NCBI GenBank assembly: GCA_963770895.1
Contig: CAVYRF010000002.1
Location: 2,400,001 to 2,464,000, forward strand
DNA length: 64,000 nt
Source of the DNA: an uncultured Acidobacteriota bacterium
GTDB taxonomy: Bacteria; Acidobacteriota; Thermoanaerobaculia; Multivoradales; UBA5704
Direction: 5' to 3'
Below the pieces are notes generated by a model that was not told the origin of the DNA, did not search any database, and saw only the letters and a list, made by a program, of their open reading frames with translations. The translations under genes were made by a program, and so were the position numbers. This document shows, piece by piece, positions 32,537-40,914 of this stretch (position 1 is its first letter; each line of letters starts with the position of its first letter).

Positions 32537-33406
32537 TCAGCGCTGGCTGAGGACCGGGTAGGGGTTGATCGCGACGCCCTGCCACCAGTGCTTTTCGACG
32601 CCCAGGCGGAAGATGGCGAAGTGCAGGTGGGGGGCGTTGGGCGGCGCGTTGCCCGAGGTGCCGACGTAGCCGATGACCTGCCCGCGCCGCAGCAGGTCGC
32701 CCTCGTGCAGGCTGTCGGCGTAGCGTTCCAGGTGGGCGTAGTAGTAGGCGTAGGTGGCCGACGGATCGTACTGGTACAGGGTGTTGCCGCCGAAGCGGCT
32801 GAAAAAGATCTTGGCCAGGCGGCCGTCTTCGACCGCCAGGACCGGCGTATTGCGCGCCGCCATGATGTCCAACGCCTCGTGCTGGTGGCCGGTGCGAGGG
32901 TCGCCGAAGGTGTCGTTCAGCTGCTCGGGGCGCACCCCCTGCACCGGCAGCAGCAGGCGGCGCTGGCGCAAGGCGTCGACGTCCGCTGGCGAGGCCGGCG
33001 CCTGGGGCGGCACCGCCGGCGGTGAAGCTGCCGGCGGCGCGCCGGTCTGCGGGCCGGCTGGCGCGCCGGGCGGCGCGGCAGGCGCTTCCGGCGCCGGCGC
33101 CGGGATCGGGCCTGCCTGCGGCCCCGGTCCAGGCGGCGCCTGCGGCCCGCCGTCCGGCCCCGCTTCACCGCGCGGACCGGTGTCGGGCGCCGGCGGGCGC
33201 GAGGCATCCGGCGCCGGCCGCGGCGCCGCGCCGGGCACGGCGGCGCCGGGCACGGTGGTGACGGCGGGGGCGGCCGCCGGACTGGTCATCGCCTGGCGCC
33301 CGGCGCCGGACCCCCATACGACCAGCAGAACGGTCGCCGCGCCCAGCACGAAACCGGTGAGGCCGGCCGTCATCACCGGCCGGCCGGTCCGTTTGGGGTC
33401 GCTCAC
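32537..33406 (-). CDS. M23 family peptidoglycan metallopeptidase with N-terminal TM and Pro/Ala linker
   Basis: HEALD (HxxxD), YYAHL, GYVGTSGNA, PHLHF, INPY; GTG start overlapping upstream stop. Confidence 0.9.
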   Translation of the reverse strand: MSDPKRTGRPVMTAGLTGFVLGAATVLLVVWGSGAGRQAMTSPAAAPAVTTVPGAAVPGAAPRPAPDASRPPAPDTGPRGEAGPDGGPQAPPGPGPQAGPIPAPAPEAPAAPPGAPAGPQTGAPPAASPPAVPPQAPASPADVDALRQRRLLLPVQGVRPEQLNDTFGDPRTGHQHEALDIMAARNTPVLAVEDGRLAKIFFSRFGGNTLYQYDPSATYAYYYAHLERYADSLHEGDLLRRGQVIGYVGTSGNAPPNAPHLHFAIFRLGVEKHWWQGVAINPYPVLSQR

Positions 33407-34416
33407 GGTTCGAACACCACCGGCGTTCCGGGCTTGACCAGGCTGGCGACCGTCAGGGCGTCCCAGTTGGTGAGGCGAACGCAGCCGCGCGCCAGGCCGG
33501 TGCCGATCTTGTCGGGCTCCGCGGTGCCCTGAATGCCGCAGCGGTCCTTGCCCAGGTCGATCCAGACCAGCCCCAGCGGATTGTTCGGCCCCGGCGCCAG
33601 CTTGGCCCGCGCGCGCCTGGGGCTGGCGCTCCAGAACGCCATTCCGTCGTACCAGGCGGCCGGGTTGGGCTCGACGCTCTGCACCCGGACGCTGCCAACC
33701 GGCAGCTCGCGCTCGCTGCCCACCGACGCCGGGGCGAAGAACAGCAGGTCGTCGCCGTTGTCGACGATCAGCGTCTGCCGCGACCTGGACACCACCACGC
33801 GCACGTCGGCCGAGGCGGCCGCCGGTCCCGCCGGCGCCGGGCGCACCCTGGGTGCCAGCAGGCTTTCGCCCGCCACGAAGCGGGCGTCGGGATTGCGTTC
33901 GCGCAGCAGCTTTTCGGAGGTGTGATGGCGCGCCGCCAGCATCTGGACCAGCGACGCATAGCCGAGCGCCGGCAGCTTCGCCTGGTCCATCACATCGGCG
34001 GGCACCGGCCGGAACGGTCCGCGGGCGTCGTTGGCGCTGATCGTCGCCAGCTCCCAGGCCTGGCCGCCGCTGGCCGCCATCAGGTTCTGCCAGGTGAGCT
34101 TGTCGATCTCGCCGGTGACCGGCAGGTCGTGCGCCTCCTGGAATGCCGCGACCGCCTTGCGCAGGTTGTCGCCGCGGCTGCCGTCCACGACTCCCGGCGA
34201 AATGTTCACCTGGTCGAGCAGCGCCTGCGCGTCGGCGGGCGATTGCGCCGAAGCCGGCGGTATCGCAGGCGTGGCGGACGCGGCCGGCGCCGCCTGGAAT
34301 GCCGGCGCGGCGATCGGCACCATCGCCGGCAGCGCCAGCAGTGTCAGAAGCACCGGCAGGATCAGCGGCCGCGGCAGCGCAACGCCCGGCCGGGCGGATG
34401 GGCGCAGGATGGGCAT
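33403..34416 (-). CDS. L,D-transpeptidase (YkuD/ErfK) family protein with peptidoglycan-binding domain; active-site His residues substituted
   Basis: SPG.VDG..G.N...A..AFQ PG-binding motif; PGPNNP.G..WI.L; GIQGT...IG...ARGCVRL. Confidence 0.85.
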   Translation of the reverse strand: MPILRPSARPGVALPRPLILPVLLTLLALPAMVPIAAPAFQAAPAASATPAIPPASAQSPADAQALLDQVNISPGVVDGSRGDNLRKAVAAFQEAHDLPVTGEIDKLTWQNLMAASGGQAWELATISANDARGPFRPVPADVMDQAKLPALGYASLVQMLAARHHTSEKLLRERNPDARFVAGESLLAPRVRPAPAGPAAASADVRVVVSRSRQTLIVDNGDDLLFFAPASVGSERELPVGSVRVQSVEPNPAAWYDGMAFWSASPRRARAKLAPGPNNPLGLVWIDLGKDRCGIQGTAEPDKIGTGLARGCVRLTNWDALTVASLVKPGTPVVFEP

Positions 34417-34467
34417 GGTCGCTCCCAGGTATTTGCAAGACGAACGCCAGTTCTCAACCGGCGGCGC

Positions 34468-36072
34468 TCAATCGGCGGGGTAGATGACCACCCGGCGATA
34501 GCCTCCCAGCCCCTTGCTTTCGGACTGCAGGCCGCTGCGCTCGGCCGCTTCGTGTTGCAGGCGCCGCAGGTAGGTGTTGCGCGGCGGCAGCTCGACCGGC
34601 TTGCCGCGATCGAGCACCTGGTCGATGCCCGCCTCGGCTTCCGCGAGCGCCGCCTGGTCGCCGGCCGCGACGTCGCTGGCGGCGGCAAGCCCGAGCGCGG
34701 AGCGCAGGGTGTTTTCGATCTGCACGATGGTGTTGCTCTTGGCCACCGCCACCTTCACGCCGCGCGCGTGGGCGTCGCGCAGGCGGCGGGGCGCGCGGCG
34801 CTCCTGGGCTTTGAGGGTGACCACCAGGTCGGCGCCGTCCAGGTCTTCGACCACCAGGGCGTTGACCCGGAACTTGCGGATCGCGTGCTCCAGCTTGGCC
34901 TTGGAGATCGCATACGGGTGGATGCGCACCAGGCGCCCCGGCACGCGGGCGCGAGGGGAGGAGTCGTCGCCGTCGCCCGCCGTCGTCGCCCCCGCCCCCG
35001 CCGCCATCGCCGCCGCCAGGGCCTCCGGCCGTCGCCGCGCCGGGCCCGCATCCGGCGCCGGCTGGATCTCGACCTGCCCGCCGGCCGACCGCGTGCGCAG
35101 CTCGGGGCGGGCGGGGGCTTCGCGCAGCAGGCGATCGACCACTTCCGCCACGTCGTGGTGGACGGCCAGGCGCGCCCGCTCCTGGATCTCGATCAGCACC
35201 CCGAAGGTGGGCGGCGCCTTGCGCTCCAGCACCGTCTTCTGGGTGCCGCGCCGCCGCGCCTCTTCGTCGGAAAGGGTGACCGGGTGGATGCCCCCCACCA
35301 GGTCGGACAGGGTGGGGTTTTGCAGCAGGTTGTCCAGCGTGTTGCCGTGCGCGGTGGCGATCAGCTGCACGCCGCGCTCGGCGATGGTGCGCGCCGCCAT
35401 GGCTTCGGCGGCGGTGCCGATCTCGTCGATGACGATGACCTGCGGCATGTGGTTTTCCACCGCCTCGATCATCACCGCGTGCTGCTGCTCGGGCGAAGGC
35501 ACCTGGATGCGGCGGGCGCGCCCGATGCCGGGGTGCGGGATGTCGCCGTCGCCGGCGATCTCGTTGGAGGTGTCGACCACCACCACCCGCCGGGCGAGGT
35601 CGTCCGCCAGCACGCGCGCCGCTTCCCGCAGCAGCGTCGTCTTGCCGACGCCGGGGCGGCCCAGCAGCAGGATCGAGGCGCCGGCTTCGATCACGTCGCG
35701 CAGGATGTCGACGGTGCCGTACACCGCCCGGCCGATGCGGCAGGTCAGGCCGACGACCTGGCCGCGCCGGTTGCGCAGCGCCGAGATGCGATGCAGCGTG
35801 CGTTCGATGCCGGCGCGGTTGTCCTTGGCGAAGTCGCCGACGCGGCCGACGACGTGGGCGATGTCGTCGTGAGTCACCGGCTGGGCCGACAGCTCGACGC
35901 CCAGCTCGGCAAAGCGCGCCTCGGGCTGGCGGCCCAGGTCCAGGACGATCTCGACCAGGTTTTCGCTGGCAGGCACCGCCTGGATCGCCTGGCGGATGCG
36001 CGGCGGCATGACCGCCAGCAGCAGGTCCAGGTCGTCGACGACCGGCTTGTCTTCCCTGGGCGCGTCCACCAC
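34468..36072 (-). CDS. Ycf45/SpoIIIAA-like AAA+ ATPase with C-terminal R3H domain
   Basis: [56 protein letters not shown] (R3H). Confidence 0.9.
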   Translation of the reverse strand: MVDAPREDKPVVDDLDLLLAVMPPRIRQAIQAVPASENLVEIVLDLGRQPEARFAELGVELSAQPVTHDDIAHVVGRVGDFAKDNRAGIERTLHRISALRNRRGQVVGLTCRIGRAVYGTVDILRDVIEAGASILLLGRPGVGKTTLLREAARVLADDLARRVVVVDTSNEIAGDGDIPHPGIGRARRIQVPSPEQQHAVMIEAVENHMPQVIVIDEIGTAAEAMAARTIAERGVQLIATAHGNTLDNLLQNPTLSDLVGGIHPVTLSDEEARRRGTQKTVLERKAPPTFGVLIEIQERARLAVHHDVAEVVDRLLREAPARPELRTRSAGGQVEIQPAPDAGPARRRPEALAAAMAAGAGATTAGDGDDSSPRARVPGRLVRIHPYAISKAKLEHAIRKFRVNALVVEDLDGADLVVTLKAQERRAPRRLRDAHARGVKVAVAKSNTIVQIENTLRSALGLAAASDVAAGDQAALAEAEAGIDQVLDRGKPVELPPRNTYLRRLQHEAAERSGLQSESKGLGGYRRVVIYPAD

Positions 36073-36151
36073 CGTGGATTGTAATGCGCCGGGCCGCGGG
36101 CGCATCCGCTGCCGGTTATGGCACAATCCCAGGCTTCATAGGGGAGGATCG

Positions 36152-37765
36152 GTGCAGAAACGGAGGGTTGGCATCTTTGGTTGGGGGATCGTGGCGCCGC
36201 GTTCGCCGGACATCGATGCCTTCACCCGCAACCTGGAGTGCACCGAATCGTGGCTGACGCCGTTTCGCGGCTTCGGTCCCAACAACTTTCTGGTCGGGAC
36301 GCCGCAGTTCGACTTTGCCGCCTACCGCGGGTGGATCGCCGAGCGCTTCCCCCCCAGCCGCTTTCGCCAGCTGGAGGAGAAGATGGACCTGCCGGCGCTC
36401 TACGCCGTGGGCTCGTTCATCCAGTCGTTGCGGCAGAACCCCGGCCTGGAGCAGGAGCTGACGCGGCTGGGGACGCGCGCGCACATCTACGTCGGCACCG
36501 GCCTGGGCAGCCTGCAGACGACCGCCGACAACGCTCTTGCCCTGGACCGGGCGCAGCGGCGGTGGGACCGTTTCTGGGCCGAGCGCAACCCCGAGCTGCG
36601 GGACTGGCTGGACCGGCATGGGGAGCACCCGGTGGACGCCGCGCAGCCTGGCGCGCCGCCCGACGGACCCGACGGCATGCCGGTGGACCCGCGGACGCTC
36701 GCCGACACGCTCGACGGCATGGACGAGCTGGCACGGGCGCAAGGCGCCTGGTGGCACTTCTGGGCCGGCCGTTGCCCCGACCTGCACACCTACCTGGCCG
36801 AGCTGGCGGCCATCGACGGGGTGTCGGTTTCGGGCGACGTCGAGCGCGGCAAGATGAGCGTGCTCAAGGAAAAGCAGCGCCGCCAGGCGCAGCTGCAAAA
36901 GCAGTGGGGAGCGCCGGTGCCGCCGTGGCAGTCGGTTTCGGCCAACCTGGTGTGGAACATCCAGAACACCCCGGCGTCGCAGATCTCGATGCTCGGCCAC
37001 ATCACCGGCATGGCGTTCGCTCCGGTCGCCGCCTGCTCCACCTTCGGCGTGTCCCTCAAGCTGGGCATGGACGCCATCCTGAGCGGCCGCGCCACGGCGG
37101 TGGTGGTGGGCGCCACCGATCCGCCGCCGCTGGCGCTCAGCGTCGGCGCCTTTTACAACGCGCGCGTCATCGCCGCCGACAACCAGGTTTCGAAGCCGCT
37201 GACCGGCCTGCGCGGCACCCACGTGGCCGGCGGGTCGGTGGTGTGGGTTCTGGGCGACCTGGAGCACATGCTGGAGCGGGGCTTCAAGCCGCTGGGCATG
37301 GAACCGCTGGCGGTGGGCGTCAGTGCCGACGCCGACCACATCATCACGCCGTCGCCCGAAGGGCCCACCGCGGCCATCCGGCAGGCCCTGGACGAATCGG
37401 GCGTCGGACCGCAGGAGATCGGCAGCTGGGATCTGCACGCCACCGCCACGCCCGGCGACGACCTGGAGGTGGCGACGCTGCGCTCGCTGCTGCCGGCGTC
37501 GGTGCTGGTGACCGCCCGCAAGGGCACCTTCGGCCACGGCATGAGCGCCGGCAGCGGCTGGGAGCTGACCGCGCAGTACCTGGGCTACCAGCGCGGGCAC
37601 CTCTATCCGACGGGCCTTGCGGAGAGCGAGCTGAACCACGAGATCGCCGCCCGCCACAACCTCTTCGTCTTCGACCGCCCCTGCGACCTGCCCGCGGGGG
37701 CCGCCGGCAAGCTGTCGATGGGGATCGGCGGCATCAATGCCTGCGTCGTGTCGCGTCCCTGGTAG
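36152..37765 (+). CDS. Beta-ketoacyl synthase (FabF-like) family protein with a large insertion
   Basis: GTG.G, AACST (Cys), HATAT (His), KGTFGH (His), MG.GG.N; SD GGGGAGGA before GTG. Confidence 0.85.
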   Translation: MQKRRVGIFGWGIVAPRSPDIDAFTRNLECTESWLTPFRGFGPNNFLVGTPQFDFAAYRGWIAERFPPSRFRQLEEKMDLPALYAVGSFIQSLRQNPGLEQELTRLGTRAHIYVGTGLGSLQTTADNALALDRAQRRWDRFWAERNPELRDWLDRHGEHPVDAAQPGAPPDGPDGMPVDPRTLADTLDGMDELARAQGAWWHFWAGRCPDLHTYLAELAAIDGVSVSGDVERGKMSVLKEKQRRQAQLQKQWGAPVPPWQSVSANLVWNIQNTPASQISMLGHITGMAFAPVAACSTFGVSLKLGMDAILSGRATAVVVGATDPPPLALSVGAFYNARVIAADNQVSKPLTGLRGTHVAGGSVVWVLGDLEHMLERGFKPLGMEPLAVGVSADADHIITPSPEGPTAAIRQALDESGVGPQEIGSWDLHATATPGDDLEVATLRSLLPASVLVTARKGTFGHGMSAGSGWELTAQYLGYQRGHLYPTGLAESELNHEIAARHNLFVFDRPCDLPAGAAGKLSMGIGGINACVVSRPW

Positions 37766-39536
37766 GTGAGGACGGCGGCGCCGGCGCGGCGCGCAGCTGG
37801 TTGGAGGCGCACCGGTAGCCGCCGTTGAAGATCACGCTTTCGACCAGCGGCGGCAGCAGGTCGAGCCGGCATCCGGCGGCGCCAAACTCACGCCGCGCCA
37901 GGGCGTCGCCGGCGGCCAGCAGCGAGGCGAACCCTTCCGCCCGCGCCTCCCCGCGACGCGCCTCGACGACGACGTTGTTCCAGGTGATCAGGAACTCGGC
38001 AAAGCCCAGGTGACGGCCTGCCAGAAGAACCGTCGGCACGGCGATCAACGGCAGCCGGCGCACTGCGAACCCTTGCGCCGCAAGGTGCTGCGCCAGGAGG
38101 TCCAGGAACCGATCGAGCGCCTGCGGCCGCTCCTCCCGCTGCGCCGCGGCGAGTGCCGCCTCCAGCGCCTGGCCGGCCGGGGCGGCGAGACCGTAGGCCC
38201 GGCCCATCGCCGCCACGTCGTCCACGGCCGCGCCGGCCAGCAGGCGCCGCCCGGCGTCGATGCTGCCGACCAGCGCCACCGGCTGAGTGACCGGGGTGCT
38301 GCCGCCCGGTGCCTGCGCCGTCGCGGGCAGCAGCGTCAGCACCGAATCGAGGTCGTAGCCGGCGCCGCCACCCAAGGCGTGCATCAGCGCCAGGTCGCCC
38401 GGCCGGGCCGGAGCGTCCGGCGCCGCGGCAGCGCCAGGATCGCCGCCGGGACCGCCGGTGATCGATTGCGGCCTGTTGGAGGAGGCCGGCGACAGGTTTG
38501 AGGGCGTGTCCGGCAAGGGGATCGTAGTCGCGGCTGCCACCGGCGGTTCGGGCAGTGGATGGACGAACCGCACCGGCCGCCCATACATCGCCGCCAGCTC
38601 CGCCGCGGCGCGCCGGGCGGCGGCGACGTAGCTGGAGATGCCGGCGGCGGTGGCGAAGCTCGGGACCGGCACGCGGTCGACGCCCAGCAGGGCGAGGATG
38701 CGCGGCTCCAGGGTGTGCAGGGTGATCCACGCCGCGTCGCGAGTCAGCAGCACCTGGCCGTTGTGGAACGGCACGGGGGCCGCAGTCCAGCGCACGCCGC
38801 CGGCGGCGCCGCCCCAGGCGTGGTCCAGGGCGTCCGGCAGGTCGTCGACCAGCTGCGGGCCGAAATGCAGGTCCTCTTCGCGGCCGGCCTGGACGTTGGG
38901 CCGCACCACCACCGCCAGCCCGCCGTCCGCCAGGTGGGTCAGCGACATCGGGTCGCGCGGCCAGGGCGACAGCGGGCGCCCCCAGGTGTCCAGCAGCTGG
39001 ACGCCGAGCGCCGCCGCCCGCGGCGCCAGCGCCTGCCGCATCGGCAGGTCGACCATCGCCAGGAGCGTCCGGGCGGGCGCCGCGGCGTGCACCGCGGCCA
39101 GCAGCCCCAACGCGTCGGCCGGCGAGAACATGCTGGCCGGCAGCGAGTAGAGCGACGCGGCGATCGGGTCGTCGTCGGCGCTGAACCGGAGCTGCGCCGC
39201 CGGTCCGTAGTCGAAGCGGCGCCCCGCGCTGGTGCGCCGCGCCGCCCCCCAGACCACTGCCAGCCGCTCCGCGTCCGCAAAGTCGATTCCGGCCAGGCTG
39301 CCGATCGCCGTGGCGGACGGACCGCCCTGCCCGGCCGCGCCGCCGGCAATCCCGTCAACCGCGCCAAGCGGATCGGTAGCCGTGCTGGCGGGTTCGCGTG
39401 CCGGAAACGTGCTCGCTCCCTGCGCGCCGCGGCCGCCGCCGGCCAGCAAGGCGGCGGCCATCACGAGCCCGCCGGCCAGGCACGCCGGACGCCTGCCGCA
39501 GTGGGCTCGGACTGCCAATCCGTCGGCGCGATCCAC
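37734..39536 (-). CDS. Hypothetical exported protein, pentein (amidinotransferase/agmatine-peptidylarginine deiminase) fold-like
   Basis: WPRD, YDLD, TWNNV, C-terminal GGYRCAS; start uncertain. Confidence 0.55.
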   Translation of the reverse strand: MDRADGLAVRAHCGRRPACLAGGLVMAAALLAGGGRGAQGASTFPAREPASTATDPLGAVDGIAGGAAGQGGPSATAIGSLAGIDFADAERLAVVWGAARRTSAGRRFDYGPAAQLRFSADDDPIAASLYSLPASMFSPADALGLLAAVHAAAPARTLLAMVDLPMRQALAPRAAALGVQLLDTWGRPLSPWPRDPMSLTHLADGGLAVVVRPNVQAGREEDLHFGPQLVDDLPDALDHAWGGAAGGVRWTAAPVPFHNGQVLLTRDAAWITLHTLEPRILALLGVDRVPVPSFATAAGISSYVAAARRAAAELAAMYGRPVRFVHPLPEPPVAAATTIPLPDTPSNLSPASSNRPQSITGGPGGDPGAAAAPDAPARPGDLALMHALGGGAGYDLDSVLTLLPATAQAPGGSTPVTQPVALVGSIDAGRRLLAGAAVDDVAAMGRAYGLAAPAGQALEAALAAAQREERPQALDRFLDLLAQHLAAQGFAVRRLPLIAVPTVLLAGRHLGFAEFLITWNNVVVEARRGEARAEGFASLLAAGDALARREFGAAGCRLDLLPPLVESVIFNGGYRCASNQLRAAPAPPSSPTRDATRRRH

Positions 39537-39554
39537 CTGGCCGGTTGCCGCCGG

Positions 39555-40820
39555 TCAGGAGTGCGGCGGTTTGCCGTCCGCGGCGGGCGGGGTGCCGGTC
39601 AGGGCAGGGGCCAGGGCGGCGGCCTTTTCGCCGGCTTTTTTGGCGTCGTCCAGGCGGCCCGCGGCGATGAGCAGCTGCTGCAGGGCCTGCCACGCTTCCT
39701 GCTGTGCGGGCTCGATGCGGGTGGCGCGCTCGACGAACGCGATGCCTTCCGGGGCATGGCCGGTTTCGGCCAGCAAACGGCCGTATTCGATGGCGACGCC
39801 GCCGGCGACGCGCGGGTCGGGGGCGCCCTTGGGATCGTTGGGCAGGACGTCGGCCAGCGGCTTGAGAGTAGCCAGGGCAGCGGCGGGGTTGCCTGACTGG
39901 TGCTGCGCCTTGGCCAGCAGCAGCGCGATCGAAGGGTGCCGGACGTCGGCGCCGGCGAGCAGCGCCACCGCCTGCTTGGGCTGGCCGATCAGCAGATCGG
40001 CTTCGGCCAGGCAACGACGGATCTCGCCGTCCATCCCCTTGGGATGCTGGGCGAGCAGCGGCGTCAGCAGGTCCACGGCGTGCTGTCCGTCGCGCTTCTG
40101 GATGAAGATCTTGGCGTTGATCAGCACCGTCGTCGGATCGGTCGGCTTGAGCGCGATGATCAGCTGCTCCGCTTCCGCCGTGCGCTCCAGGTCGAGCGCC
40201 AGGGCGATGGCGGTGAGCACCGCTTCGTTGTCGCGCGGGTTGCGGATGGCCCAGGGGCGCAGCATGGAATAGGCCTCGACGACGCGCCCGCGGTGCGCCA
40301 GCAGCAGGCCCAGGTCGCGCGCCGCGGGCGAGGCCGGTTCGAGGGCGAGCGAGCGTTCAAAATAGGCCTGCGCCGCGGCTTCCTCGTTGAGCATCTGCGC
40401 CGCCCGCCCGGCGTTGAACAGCACCGCGGCTTCGGCGTCAGGGGCGTCGGCGAGCGGCTTGAGCACCGCCGCCGCTTCGCGCGGCTTGCCGACCTGCAGG
40501 TAGAGGGTGCCCAGCAGCGACAGCACCCGCGGCGTCGCCTTGCCCGCCTTGCGCAGCGGTTCGAGCTGGGCGATTGCCGCGTCGTACTTGCCCGCCTTGG
40601 CGAGCGCCGTGGCCTGCTGCATCTGCTGACTGACGGCCTGGTCGGCGGCGCTTGCGGCGGCCGTCGCCGCCGGCGGCGCTGCCGCTGCGGGGACGGCCGC
40701 GGGGGCCGGGGCGGCCGCGGCCGGGGCCGCCAGGACCGGCGAACCGGTCAGGACGCCGGCAACCAGCGCCACCGCGGTCAGCAGGAGGGTGAGAAGCGGG
40801 AGACGGGGCGTTCTGCGCAT
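39555..40820 (-). CDS. Exported tetratricopeptide-repeat protein
   Basis: Signal peptide then repeated A...LG..Y...G...EA...L / AL..EP helical repeats. Confidence 0.85.
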   Translation of the reverse strand: MRRTPRLPLLTLLLTAVALVAGVLTGSPVLAAPAAAAPAPAAVPAAAAPPAATAAASAADQAVSQQMQQATALAKAGKYDAAIAQLEPLRKAGKATPRVLSLLGTLYLQVGKPREAAAVLKPLADAPDAEAAVLFNAGRAAQMLNEEAAAQAYFERSLALEPASPAARDLGLLLAHRGRVVEAYSMLRPWAIRNPRDNEAVLTAIALALDLERTAEAEQLIIALKPTDPTTVLINAKIFIQKRDGQHAVDLLTPLLAQHPKGMDGEIRRCLAEADLLIGQPKQAVALLAGADVRHPSIALLLAKAQHQSGNPAAALATLKPLADVLPNDPKGAPDPRVAGGVAIEYGRLLAETGHAPEGIAFVERATRIEPAQQEAWQALQQLLIAAGRLDDAKKAGEKAAALAPALTGTPPAADGKPPHS

Positions 40821-40914
40821 GGATGGGAAGCTCCGGTGGGCCGGCGTGCGCCGGCGGACGGGTGACGAGAGCGACGCGCTCCCATGGGAAGGTCCCTATT
40901 CTAGCCGATTTGGC

